A stretch of 63,550 bases of DNA, filler included, from Sphacelaria rigidula (GCA_964200075.2; 5 parts of 5 records of this genome joined end to end with filler, not necessarily neighbours in it); one strand, 5' to 3'. Numbered from the whole stretch's first letter, positions 38,341 through 51,079 are shown. Program-made: numbers and translations. Notes: generated from the sequence alone by a model not told the origin.

Positions 38341-41300
38341 CTGTGCGAAGAGCGTAACGAGGCCGCACACGAACTGCCTATGGTATGCCCCCAGGACTTG
38401 GTTGTAGGTGTCACCCGCAGCCGGCGACAGCGCTGCCCACAGCGTGTCACGGTGCTGCACGTCTAAGGGGGTGAAGCAGCGCATCCAGATCTGAACGAAC
38501 AAATCACATACAGCGCCACAATTGCCAGCATTACGTTCGGGCATGAGCACGAGAATTTGGGTGAGCGGGCGGCCAGGCAGAAACAGGCTTGTGATTCCAT
38601 ACAAGCATACAAGCACACAAGCATACAAGCATACAAGCATACAGGATCGAACCGAACATAAAAAGCAGCGTAGACAGAGCACAGAGCACAGAGAGGAGTA
38701 CGTAACAAGCCGTACTTCGTTTGGAACGATTCTTCGGACAGCTAATCGAGAGACGTGCAACACGCTCATGTTCTCGTTCATGCTGCACGCTCCTGCTCAA
38801 TAGCACTACGGCCTAAACTCTCTTTGAACAGCCCTGTATCGCGGGACACAACCCACAGGCAAAGCGCTGCAACCTGCTTCGTAACTAGCCATACGAATGC
38901 CCCTGAGGGTGTATGCTGTAATCCAATCTACTCACGTGCTGTAACTATTATACATCAACTATAAACACAAGCAGAAAAAAAAAAAAAAAACGCTTCGAAC
39001 CAATCGCGCCCACGAGCTCCCCGCATGTATACGTGTACCTCCTTACACGAGACCGCCATGCTTTGCATGAGAAAGTCGTGCATGAGCAATGAGAGGAAGA
39101 AACGTGCAGCAGCACCTGTATCAAAGGCTCCGAGTCGCAGCGCATAGCATGCGCCATCTGCCTCGCCGTCACGAGCGTCAGCGCAGCAGTAAGCTCGCGC
39201 GGAGGCCACGCCTTCTCCCAACCCCCCCCCAAACCCGCAGCACAGGCTTGCTCTTCTGCCAGCTTAGCCGCCGCCGCCCCTCTGCCGCCACCGACGCTGC
39301 CCGTCACAGGCGAGTTGGACCGTGATCGCGACCGCTGTGGCCGTATCGTGGAGTGTTCACTCTTGATGGCCTCGCCTTGCACCACGCCCGCCAAGGTTTG
39401 TGTTGCTATATGCTGTACAGACTCAAGCGCGGTTTGGAGGTCGTACGCCGCAGCCGGCAAAGGTCTGGGAGGGCCCACCCCTAGCATCTGAGCGTGGTGG
39501 CACGTGTGGGCGGGGGTGCAGATCGGAGCCCAGGGAGAAAAGAGCAGGGTTGGATCTAGGAGACGTCATGGGGATACAAATGGGGAGCAACTTTGGGAAT
39601 CAATATTTACGTAAAGTATAACATCTTGACACGTGATCAATGTCTCCCAGTGGCTGGGTAGCTTCATCATTACCCGGACTCTAGTTTCAAGAGGACCATA
39701 CGCGCTCGATCTTCCTCTACTGGCGCTTGCGTATGGACAAATGACTCAAGCCATATGAGCTAGCAAATATTACAAGGGTCGGACGAAGTAATGATTCGTC
39801 CGGAAACTACTTGATGTTAGTGCGATTGACTCATATCGTACGAATCAATCCTTAGGCTTTGTTTTCAGCGTTGCAACCCAGGTACGCGCAGCCCAGGCAC
39901 GTAGAATGGCGCAAGAATTATGTGTAGATCTTCTTGACCAGCGATCAACTTTTTTCTCTCTTTCGAGAAACCGGGCCTGAAAAATCGTGGATTTGGTCAT
40001 TCGAACCGGCGATGATTCGTCCGAACTATCAAATAATATCCAAGCCTTACTACGTCGACAAGGACGGCAAGTGGAAGAGAACGTATACAGTGACCCGGAG
40101 TGCAAGACGTAGCGCTGTCAAGCTTTGCACCAGTATCCCAAGCAACTGCCCAATAATATATAATTCGTGCTACACAAACTTCGAGGTTATTTTTAACAGA
40201 AGGACAAGACAACGCAACATAAATATATGTACAGTTCTCGGCGAGGGCGCACCTCGACAGGAAGCGAGTCCATCATCTCTTGCTGCATATGCTCCGTAGA
40301 TGCAGCTTCCAAGGCAACATCGCACGCAGCATCTCGTCCCATCCACCCTTCCACGCCCCCGTTCACCTTTCCCCCATCGCTAGCGCCTCCGCCACCCTCG
40401 CCAACACTCCCCCCCTGACGCCACTGACTCACTAACGGGTCGCCCTGATTGCGGGTAGACCCGCGTCGCCTTCCCAAAGCCTCGACCTCCCCAGCCCCTC
40501 TTCCATCCATCTCGAGCATACTATCGCCATCGCTTTTATCGGAAAACTCGTTGACCGAGGTGGGACGGAGGGATTGAGGGATACCCCCATCTCGCCGACC
40601 ACGTGTGGTGCCTGGGGATATGGCGTCGTCTGAAGTACGTTCGCTACTGTTGGTGGTATTCATTGTACTGGGGCGGTGCAGGAGGATTTTTGCCACGATG
40701 GCATCAACATTTGATCTGCGTACAAAACGGCGAGGGCCCGAATGAACACAGATCATAGGTGCAATATCAGGAATAGGGGGTTGGAGCGGTGAGTTGAGCG
40801 AAGGACTTTCTGCGCTCAAAGGGCATGCAGCGAGTAGCGCAGGGGCAAGACTCACAACTGCCAACTTCACCATTAATACAAACTGAAAAAAATCAGACAA
40901 AAAAACAGCAAAACGCCACGAGCGTGTTTCCAAAGTCACCCATTGCCGCAAAAGTCACCCGTTGCCGCAAAAATTACTTTCACTGCATAAAAAACAAACT
41001 AGTATTACAAAGGACTGCATTCACGTATATCTATCCACGCACAAGAGTCGACAAAAATGCACCGATCAAAAATGCACCAATACAGATGCGACAATGAGAA
41101 TCACACCGACGTATCCCTGGCAAATAGCACCAGTCATCCTTTGCATCCAGGTCGTACCTAGACTACACATCCACCCACCTGCGACTCCGTCGGGCTAGCC
41201 GAGCCTTTTGCCTCTCGAGATCCATCTCCAACCGCCCCAGTTCTTCGTCCACCAAACCCCTACAGTTCATAATATCAACCACGCCATCATCCGTCGCTCG

Positions 41301-44300
41301 ACCTTCTCGCATCCCCTCACCCGCCACCAAATCACCATCGAACCCTGGGTGGGAAATACTGGAGAGTGTCGATCGCCTGCGGCGAGGGCGCCTGCGCCTA
41401 CGGCCTCTAAGCGGCCTGAGCGGAATGGGTGGGGGCTCTTCCTCTAGGGTGCCTTCCATGAAGGAGGCGTGGGATGGCGGGGGGTGCGGCGTGTAGGACG
41501 ATTCTAGCTCTTGGAGTGGGGTGGAAGTCGACGGATTTCGATTTGTTGAGGCATGCGGGGGGGGGTCCTCAAGACTTAGCCGAGAACGGCCGCTGAAGAA
41601 ACGCACTTGCTGCGACGCATATTGGATCTGATACAGCTCCTGGAATACGATGAATGGAGAGTAGAGAAGGATGGAGACAATCGCAGCGATTAGGACAGAA
41701 GATCTTGCGGATACATACCGCGTTCGCCAAAAAGGGATAGAATACGGAAGGAGATCCTACTTGCCTTGAGTTGCCTTGAATTGCCTTGAATTGCCTTGAA
41801 TGGTGCGAGAGGTCAAGCACTGTTCAGTAACCAAACTGCCGAAATACCAGCAACGAAACGCATGGCCCCGCACGTGAAAGACCATCATTTGCCGCTAACT
41901 CGAAAAACGCAGCTTGCGTAGTCGCCATCTTCTCATCACTACAGCATGCCACCTGAAACATCCAAAGCGTAGAATCATGTGCCCATCCTAAGTCAACGGA
42001 CGAAACTACCAACACTTTCATGTCCCACCTGCACGTCCTGGGCGATGTATCCTAGTGTCTTTTGGGCCTTAGCATGCCCCATATCCCCCAAGTACAATTG
42101 ACGGCTTCCTGCATCCCCAGAACTCCCAACCTTCCCACGCTCTCCCCAAAGCTCTCCACGCCTTGACCCTTTCCGCCTCCCACCAAGCCCGCCCAATCTC
42201 TCCCCAGACAGCAAACTACCAGCAGCAGCAGCAAGAGCAACAGCAGTCGCGTCCAAAGTACTATCTCCATCATCGTGCTTTACAGGTTTATTCGGCCCCA
42301 AGCGACCCTGTCCGAGACCGAATTGATTCCCGCTCCGAGATCGCTTCAGACGGCCGGCACCATTAACACTAGACGAAGAACTTCCTTCCACGAAATTTCG
42401 GTGGATGGAGTGTTCTTCACCCCTGTCTTTGGCACCTGCAAATGAATGCCGCTTGACTCCGCTAGAACCCGGCCTTGACAGCGCGACGTTAGAGCCAACA
42501 CTATCGGTAGCACCGAGGCGGCCATCCCCTCCCCCACCCCTGCCCCCACTATGCGGCGGCGAGACAGATCTCGCATGCGGACTCCCTCCACCACCATCTG
42601 CCACTCTCGGACCATGCCAGGATTCTGATCGAAACCTATCATCTATGAGGTCATAAGAAGGGGGTGCTGTGAGCCCTTTCGAAGCCGCGGACTGCAGGTG
42701 CGCGGAAGGGGTAACCTTTTGTGAAGGAGGGATTTGGGATGGAACGTGCGGGTTGTCTTGGCGTTGGACCTGCGAGCCTTCAGCGTATTGGAAGCGCAGG
42801 AGCACTAGTTGGCTTCCCTGCGAGCGGAGCAGGCCTCGGAGAACTTCGACGACTCTGCTGTGCTTGAGCAGCGTGAGCTGCTGGTTGTTCACGCGTACAA
42901 GGACATCGCCCACCTGATATACACGTGAAACGGAGGTAAGGGGATAGAGCGGGGTAGATTTGTGGTGTTGATACTGCCTCCGCTATGGCACAGTAGTGCA
43001 TAGGGAGAGCACATGGGTGCATCACCTTGCCGTCCACGCGAAGTTTCACAACATAATCACCGTTCATTTGTGTTCCAACAGTTTCCGGCAACTTCGGGTC
43101 CAGCCTACACAGCACCGTACGGTAGCGACCGTCGTTGCGAGCTATCTCTTACGCTCAGCCGAGAACAATAGCTCCCGACCATCTACTTCATATTGACCAT
43201 ATTGACCACCCTAGTGAAACATCATGCTACTACCACACTATCATCAAATATTCTACGGCCCGGACACATCAGCTCACCGTAGCTCGTTGGTTAGCTCTTT
43301 TCGAAGGTAGCTCACCGGTGGGCGACATGAGCTACATAAGCTGCACATGCCTTCCCCGGCTGAATAAACCATCTACACGCATTTTCCCAGAGTAAGCTAT
43401 AGGAAGCTACATGAGCTACGCGTGTTTTTAGCGGCTTGAGCTTTAGGAGGGTAGCTCATCTACACGTCTTCGAAGGGCGTAAGCTACACACGATAGATGA
43501 GCTAGTTCATCATCCGTCCGGGGTATAAAACATTCACGCTTACAAGGGTGCCTACAAGCCACGAGTGCGATTCCACAGCTCAACACCCGGAATGCGATAT
43601 GACCGCGCGCTGGCGACATTGCGCAGGTTGGACGACATCGTTGCTCACAAGTTGCTCCCACTATATTTTCCTCTTGCGGCAGCGATCAGCAGTGTCGTGG
43701 AGTTTGCTACAGGAGAGTGTCAGCGTGTGGGAGATAACACAGAGTGTTATCATGCCGGTATTCTACGTAGCCACATAGATCGACCGGTCCCGTACGTACA
43801 CCCTTCAACTACAAAGTGGTGCAAGAAACATCAAAATGTTTGAATTCAGCACTAGCCTGTATCTGCCCGCACGCTTGGGCCGGACTAGTCTCCCCATCCA
43901 GAACTGGAACGAAGCCTATGACCTGCACTTCGTTCCCGGCTATCTCAACGGACAATCCCAACCCCTTCGAAATGTCGAGGCGAACCTGTTCAACCCGAAC
44001 GCATGCGGAAGCAGCAGCAAGCAGAGGCATCAAGACTTAGAAGAGGGGAGCGGAAGATGCACGGCGCGCCTGGATGGGCCAATCTAGCGAGTGTCGTACA
44101 GGTCGCACACCTGGCAAATCAAAGTCACGCAGACAGAAGAAAAAGTTGCACCCGAGTGAGACGACTTTACAACCGATACAGCCCGGGACGTCCACTCGTG
44201 ACAGAACACATCGAATAGCCTATATCTGTGTGCTGCATGGGAAAACAAGCACACCAATAACAGACAGGAACTGTGCAAGTCATGATCGAGGTACTACACC

Positions 44301-47300
44301 AGGTATTCCCCTGGCAGTCTTCACCTCGTATTGGCTCGGAGGCACAAAGGGACTGGGATCTTCCATTGCTGACGGCGGTAGATCGTCCACTGAAGCAGTG
44401 CCCGTTTTCATCCTTGCGTTACGTCTAGACCTGCGCGGGGAAATGGAACACGGCACCGACAATACGATACTAACGTGCTCTCGGATATCTTCGTTTTTAC
44501 GTTCTTAGCCAAAATGTCATCTTTCTCGCGCGAGCAAAACGCGCGGTCAGATATACCGTACCGTGAACAACAAATGCCCTCCATGGTTTCCTTCTGGTAG
44601 CCCAAGCATTCGGTAGACGGTGAATCCTCCGCGTGTCGATCCAGGACAACGGTCATCGCGTCATGCTCACGGCAAACGACACAGATCGGATGCAGAGCTT
44701 CCACGTGGGCTGCTCCAACAGACCGGCTGCAAGCGCCAACGAGGTGGACGCATGCACTGTCTGATGCGTGTCAACACGGGTACGCCTGCGAGCCCGATTA
44801 ACTTGTATTCCATCTCCCCCATAAGGTACAAAAATGGTCAAATGACTAAGGCAAGCAACAAATGAGTACGCCCCCCCCCATAAGGTACAAAAACACGAGC
44901 ATGAGTACCAACAAAACATACCTGAGTGTGGCCAAACTCTGCCTCTTGACACCCATCATCCCGGACACGAACAGCCATCGCTTCTCCACGCTAGCGCTTT
45001 CGCTTGGCGCTCCGGTCACATGGCCACCTCTCCCGCGTTTCACCTTGCTTTTCGCCGCATCTCGAGAAGTGCACGAGTGCTTGTTAGCAGCGGCGACCGC
45101 GTAAGTAGCCTCACGACGACTGTCTTCTTCCTCCGATCTGTAGTCTGATCGATAGTCTGATCGATAGTCTGATCGATAGTCTGATCGATAGTCTGATCGA
45201 TAGGTGTCCAACGAGGATTGCGTGCTGTAGACAGTTTTCCCCGTATCGCTTGTCATTCCGCCGTCCGCCTTGTTGCAGCACAGCAAGTTTCAGTTTCGTG
45301 TGTGGTGGCAAAATAACGCCTGAACGTGAACGCGATTATGTACTCAAGCGTGACAAGAGGAGACATGGGGTTTGCGCTCGAAGGATCATCTTGTCCATAG
45401 GAACTACGCACCTGGAGGAATGACGAGATTAACGCAGGCATCATATATCTCGGTAAAAAATGTCTCGATCGTCGACGATCGTAGGCCTGAAGGCATGCTA
45501 TATAACACTACATTGCATCAGATACAAGAGCTCAGCGGAATGTCCAGTTTGACGTCAGTGAACATCTCAGTTTTCTTCCGCGTTCGGTGTGAGCATCACA
45601 TCAGCATATCGCTCCGGGAATATATCGGCAAAGAGTGCAGGATAGAAAAATACAGTAAATTACGGCTACAGTTGCCGTGGAGTACAGTAAAAGCAGAGTG
45701 CCAAATACAAAAATATGAAGAGTAAATTCAAGTGCAGCCCAGTACCACTGCAAACATGGTTGAGCAAAGCAGAGCAGAATGTCAATACAGTACACCTGAG
45801 TGCGGCATTGTGCTCACATCGCGAAGATGAGAATTCTCCAAGCTTCTCAAGTCCCCAGCGGACCCCTGCCGGTCGTGCGCGAACACCACCTCGTCCTCGT
45901 CGTCCTCCGGACTACTAGCATCGTCATCGCTCATGGCTCCCCCGCCAGGTTGCAATGCATGGTTCATAGCCTTCTTGAAGGAAATAAAAGACGGGAAACA
46001 CACACAAATGCACCCACGAAGTGAGTGCAGTGACCAATCAAACGAAAGAACAAACCACCACACGAACAGGGATATGCAGGGTGACCGAGCATGTGGAAGA
46101 AAAAAAAATCTACTGTCTTCTCTATAATTGTCTTTCTCCATACACCCCCTTCCTCCTGTGGACTCGTATTATACCGGATCAGCTGACGTGCGAGAATGAA
46201 TGAATCAAACCAATCGATGAAATTGATGTCACCCCCTACGAGTACAGATCTTCGCCAACAAAAAAACTCGTGTCGGTGTGACAAAAAACACACGCATTTG
46301 TACCAACCACTGCACACCACAACCCCAATAGCCACCTGCACTGATCGCTGCAGCAGAGTCCCCATGACGTCCTGCACGGGCCCAAGCAAATTCTTGTGGG
46401 ACTTGGCAGGAGGACTGGAATGCCGCCTTAGCTCTTTGTCTCGGGTACGCCGCGGGAAGGGGATCGTCGACCCAGCCCAGGGAGACCCAAGGCTTACTCC
46501 CGCTTTATCGACGCCCGGGTGTAGAGCCATAGGGGCTCTAGTCGATGCTGGCTTGGGGATTCCAGGGTCCGATGCGTAACCCTCGGTCGTGCTTTCAGCC
46601 GTGGCGCGGTTTTGATTTTGGTTCTACACGAGAAAGATTTGTTGCGATGGGGCAGGGGAAATAAAATTTACACCAGTGAAGGCAGGGTTGTTTTTGTAAG
46701 GTGAGTAGCTGCTCGTTCCTGAAATACGTACAGTCACGAAGTCGTACGATTGGCTCTCGAAGTGTTGCAAGGTGCCCATCTACCGTACGCACGACACGTG
46801 TATTTACCGCCGTTCAACATTTCGGTAGAACAATACTGTCATTCGACGGCACACCCTTTTGGGTACTAGTAATACTGTACGACACACAATAGACAACACA
46901 GCAACACTGATACCGAAAATTGTAAGCACGGGCCGAATCAACGTACCTCAGCTTTGTTCACAACGACCGAGCCATCCCGCGGCGTGCGTTGCTCCCCCTC
47001 ACCAGCCTCCCCAGCAGCGGCCGCCGACCCTGCTACTGACAGATCTCTAATCGCGTCCTCGGCCGAAAAGGCCATTATAGCCTGCGTGGCGTCGCCCCGT
47101 CCCTGCGCAGTGATTTTCCGCGCACGTGGGGGAACCGGGGACCCCACAGGTGGGGAAAACACCAATAGAGAGCGGGTGCGACGCAGCACCGGGGCGGTTT
47201 CTCTGAGTAGCCTGTCTGTTGCTCGCATGAGCGACCGGGTGCTGACCTCCGCGCCCGATCCACACGACCCTCCCCCGCCGGAACCTTCCGAGTTGCTCGT

Positions 47301-50300
47301 TCCCAAGCGAGACCTTGACGCACTGTTTAGCCAGCCCTTTGCATCATCACTACTCCAGCCACCACCGGTCGTTGCTGGTGCTGATGTTGCCCTGGCACCT
47401 GACACACCACTCCTATTTCTATTCTTCTGGCTATTACTCAAAACTCGCTCCGCGGCGTCGAGCGCGCCCAGGCTTTCCAATATCGAGAAACCGTCCTTTT
47501 CTTGGGACTCGACACGGAGCACATTAGGTCCGAGCGCATCAGCCCCTTGCTCGTACCGACTAGCCGCCGACCTCGAACGCTGGTGCCGTCCGTATGCGTC
47601 TCGCACTGCTGCGTTGGTTGCAGGCTCAAAAGATTTCTCGCCGTCCGGTGGTGTGGGCTTGATTCTGTACTTGTACGACGGAACGATGGACGCTTCCCAC
47701 GCCGTCAGGCGTCTCCTTCGTTTATCTCTCCAAACCCGCTGTATGGTCCGTGCGGCGGCGCTGTCGATGGCCGATTGTTCCATGGCCAATTGTTGAGCGG
47801 ATGTTTCGGTAGGATCTGCGACGGCTCCTCTACGTTCCAAATATAGTTTCTGGTCGACGTCTTCTTCTGCACACTCCTCCCCTTCCACCGCTGCCACGCA
47901 CAATAATTCGCTCACTTTCGCACTGTTTCCACGGCGTAAAATTTTTACAGTAGCCGACGTCGCCGACCGCACACCCCCTGTGCTCGTCCCCGTTGACTCA
48001 CTACCTTCCGCCGGACAATCTGCCAGCTGATCGCCGGATAAACACACCACATCACGCAGGTCCACACACGTGTCCAGAAAGGTGTGGGTGGTACAGTCCA
48101 GAAGCATCAACTCTTTCGCCGTCTCCGCTCCCTCAGCGCCGCCGTTCTTCCAGCACAAGATGACCTACCAGGTATCATATTGTTCATGTGTTGGTACGGC
48201 ATCAAACAGAGATGGGGCTGAAGTTTTCCAGTGACAGTACGTACTAGCTTATAAAAAACAGGGAGCTAACTTGTACCGCATCCAGACATGACTACAGAAC
48301 ATATTTTCTTTATTGTGACTTGCCTCACCGCAAAATCGCCGGCCTAGTACTCTGTCGAGCTTTCGAAGGCACATTATTCCTCACCCACTTCTATAGATGA
48401 ACGCTCGAACATTCATAGAATACGCGGCCAGGGGAAGGGGGGGGCGTACTCATTTGTTGCTTGCCTTAGTCGTTTGACCATTGACGAAACGGTGGAGGAT
48501 GCGAAGAAAACCCGCAGGAAGCGCTCCTATCACACACAACAATTACCTGAGAGCCACCCGCATGCACCGCCCGCATACGTCCAATCTCCGAGCAGCTCCC
48601 CGCCCCAGCACCGCTGCTGCCGGCGACTCCCGAATTCCGAACCAACACCGGCGGCCGAAAAGTTGACTCCACCTCCCCATCTAAGAGCCCCACACGCCAC
48701 AGTATCCCTCCAGGCTGCGCAACATACGCAAACGTCACGCTTCTCGGGACATTGGACCCTGACAAAGCTCGCAGCGAGTGTTGGCGACCAGGCAGGCCAG
48801 CCTCTTGAGCCGCAGCAATGCCTCCGCTCTGCGATTCACCTTTATCACCGCCATCAGGACCCCACAGGCAGCCTCCCAAATCCGTGTCGCAAGGCGGGCG
48901 CGGAGGGCTGCGCGTGCCCGGCATACCTTCGACGGTGCTGGCGCCTCCCGCACTCTGCGTGGTGAGATTCAGGTCCACGAAAGTCTCGTAGGGTGCGTTC
49001 AGGCTGGGTACAAGCAGTGGGGAAGCAGGGGAATTTGGCAACATGTTACACTGGGCGGCACGGGGAGCTTGACAGAAAACTCCCCGAGCTCGTGGTTTGG
49101 CTGAAACGCACCGTCGGATTGCCCATACTCAGCATCCCGTCTGACCGAAGCGCACCTCTCGACCGCAGAATCTTGTGTGCTTAGAAGATCACTGCTGGGA
49201 CGTACTAGAAAGGTTAACAAGACAAGGAAAAACAGACGCTCTCTTGGTGCCGCTACGTCGGGTATCAAATCGAAAGATGCCATTGGCGAAGGCTGTCTGC
49301 AAAAAAAAACATATTCCAACCAAAATAAACAGAAACCGCAATCAACATTTTTTCATACCTGACGTCCTCCCCAACACCGAAGTACAACAGCACGGCTCGT
49401 CTTCGGGTCATGATCAAGAGCACGTCGCAATCTCTGTTGATGCCGGGAAGGGCAGTTTTTGCCCTGCCAAGATCTAGCTGCACTCCGGGTAAGTCTAGTT
49501 GTGCTACGATGAGCGCTTGTGGCGGAGGCGGGTCGTTCCACGCCTCGACCTTGACGCTTGGCCCGCCGAGAAAGGGTACCTGGGGATGAGATCGCCGAGC
49601 GACGCGAAGACGTGCTCAAGAGTCGGGCTCCCTGCAGGGAGCTGGGATGCGTTCGGTGGGGACGCTGCGAAGCAGGTTCTTATGCATCAAGCACAACCAC
49701 CAAGGGCATATCTTGCGCATTCCGAACACCACTAAACCACCCAATCACTGTGGTGTGCGAGAAACTGGCGTGGGGCACTGACTACAGTGTAGTCCAACGC
49801 TATCGATGCACAGGTGATGAAAAACACTGGAAGTGTCCCGCACCCCCGTCGTATCGCCATATACGAATCATCGATGCGCGATAGCCCATGTGCCCAGTGA
49901 ACATTGAACACACTATAGCACACTAATGGACATTTGCGCTCAAAATACTGTCCGCTAGAGTAATCTCACCAAAGAATTGACCATGTTGGCAACTCCCCCT
50001 TGGCCGCGCGGGGGGGGTTGTCTTCGTCGCTGCAGAAGGTTCTTCGCCAAAATCACGGTGCCCCCCTCACAGACGGAGTAAAGCTGGTCTCCAGACGGGT
50101 CCCACAACAAGCAGTTCACGCGCCTCCCTCTGTGAGACTTGTGGTGGAAGCCCGCAGCTCTTATCCTATTGCCGCCCGATGGCGGCTGGTTTGCAAGCGT
50201 AGAAAACGCCGTCAAATCGGTCATGGGATGTTACGTAATGATATCGCCGGAAACACCGTACAAAGCAGAACCTTGATATGTTTCTTTTGGCAGTTCGTGT

Positions 50301-50651
50301 ATAATCTGCGTCATTGCAACCAGTGGATGCTGTAACGCTATTGAATACCAGCGACTGGGATGGGTCGGTGATGACCATATGCAAGAAGTCCTACGGGCTG
50401 ACTCAGGAAAGAAACCGGAAATATTAACGGTAAATGATTTTTCCATACACAAAAGGCAGACGAGGACAAAGTATCTACACACTTCTGAGTGTGAAGGGGG
50501 AATGCAGGGGGAATCGTGACGTAGCCTCTTCTCAGTACCGACTCATGGTAGGGGGCTGGCGGCGTGCGAAACGGAGGTCTTGAAGTGTAAAGCGTTTAGT
50601 ATTGGATTTCCGAAGATCAACACCGCCGCTGTTGTTGGGTTGTGTTGTCAT
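38341..50651 (-). CDS. Large multi-exon gene: HPS5/TECPR2-like N-terminal beta-propeller + IQ motif + PDZ domain; 3'-incomplete
   Basis: Exons (minus): 50651-50539 (tentative start), 50185-49970, 49579-49359, ~48954-48547, 48164-46947, 46623-46336, 45970-45818, 45268-44922, 44726-44562, 44430-44325, 43985-43857, 42913-42029, 41952-41848, 41639-41179, 40715-40253, 39487-39116, 38490-38341. Phases are consistent from 48547 onward; two 5' junctions are unresolved. Motifs: HRGRRVNCLLWD, VQLD..LLIMTRRRAVL, GGCLW, YVAQPGGILWRVGLLDGEVESTF (propeller); AAARTIQRVWRDKRRR (IQ); GLGLSV..SPAQACGQIQVGDVLVRVNNQQL..HSRVVEVLR (PDZ). Confidence 0.85.
38598..38643. repeat. Microsatellite (CATACAAG)n
   Basis: About five to six 8-bp units, intronic. 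Confidence 0.85.
39776..40027 (+). mobile_element. ~250-bp MITE-like dispersed repeat, copy 2 (intronic)
   Basis: TCGGACGAA ... TTCGTCCGA inverted ends; homologous to 28961-29208. Confidence 0.75.
43135..43520. repeat. GAGCT-rich TIR-element remnant in an intron
   Basis: Dense GAGCTA/TAGCTC motifs; AGCTACATGAGCTACGC is shared with 33325-34386. Confidence 0.5.
44835..44879 (-). mobile_element. ~45-bp poly-G-headed micro-element with 14-bp target-site duplication
   Basis: Gn-CGTACTCATTTGTTGCTTGCCTTAGTCATTTGACCA is flanked by ATAAGGTACAAAAA at 44821-44834 and 44880-44893. Further copies are at 48437-48482, 50781-50808 and 57208-57256. Confidence 0.75.
45135..45202 (-). repeat. Coding 12-bp tandem repeat encoding (YRSD)x5
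   Basis: (TATCGATCAGAC)n in frame within exon 45268-44922. Confidence 0.85.
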
Positions 50652-50822
50652 AGATGCGCCAAGCGTTTTTGCGCTTGCGCGGGGAGAACAGCCGTGTGCA
50701 TCCAGCACTAACCCGCGGTAAGGGCGGGATGCTGTTGGTAGCCGACAAAAAAGTTGAGGAGTCACCCTCAGACGGAGCCAGGGGGGGGGCGTACTCATTT
50801 GTTGCTTGAGTACGCCCCCCCC

Positions 50823-50922
50823 NNNNNNNNNNNNNNNNNNNNNNNNNNNNNNNNNNNNNNNNNNNNTTAATTAATTAANNNNNNNNNNNNNNNNNNNNNN
50901 NNNNNNNNNNNNNNNNNNNNNN
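50823..50922. other. Artificial contig spacer
   Basis: N44-TTAATTAATTAA-N44. Confidence 0.97.
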
Positions 50923-50957
50923 CGTCGGCTTAAGGAAAAAGAATCGAGCACAGGGCC

Positions 50958-50993
<36 letters not shown>

Positions 50994-51079
50994 GGGGAGG
51001 CATGCGACGCAGGTTGACCATCAGCAAACCAAAGGCCCTGGTATGCACACTTCGCCTTCTATGACCCCGCAACGCTTAC

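Noticed and set aside
46954..47796. 280-aa plus-strand ORF, and similar antisense ORFs at 48474 and 54014
   Set aside because: These are shadows of GC-rich minus-strand exons that have proper splice sites and domain motifs.
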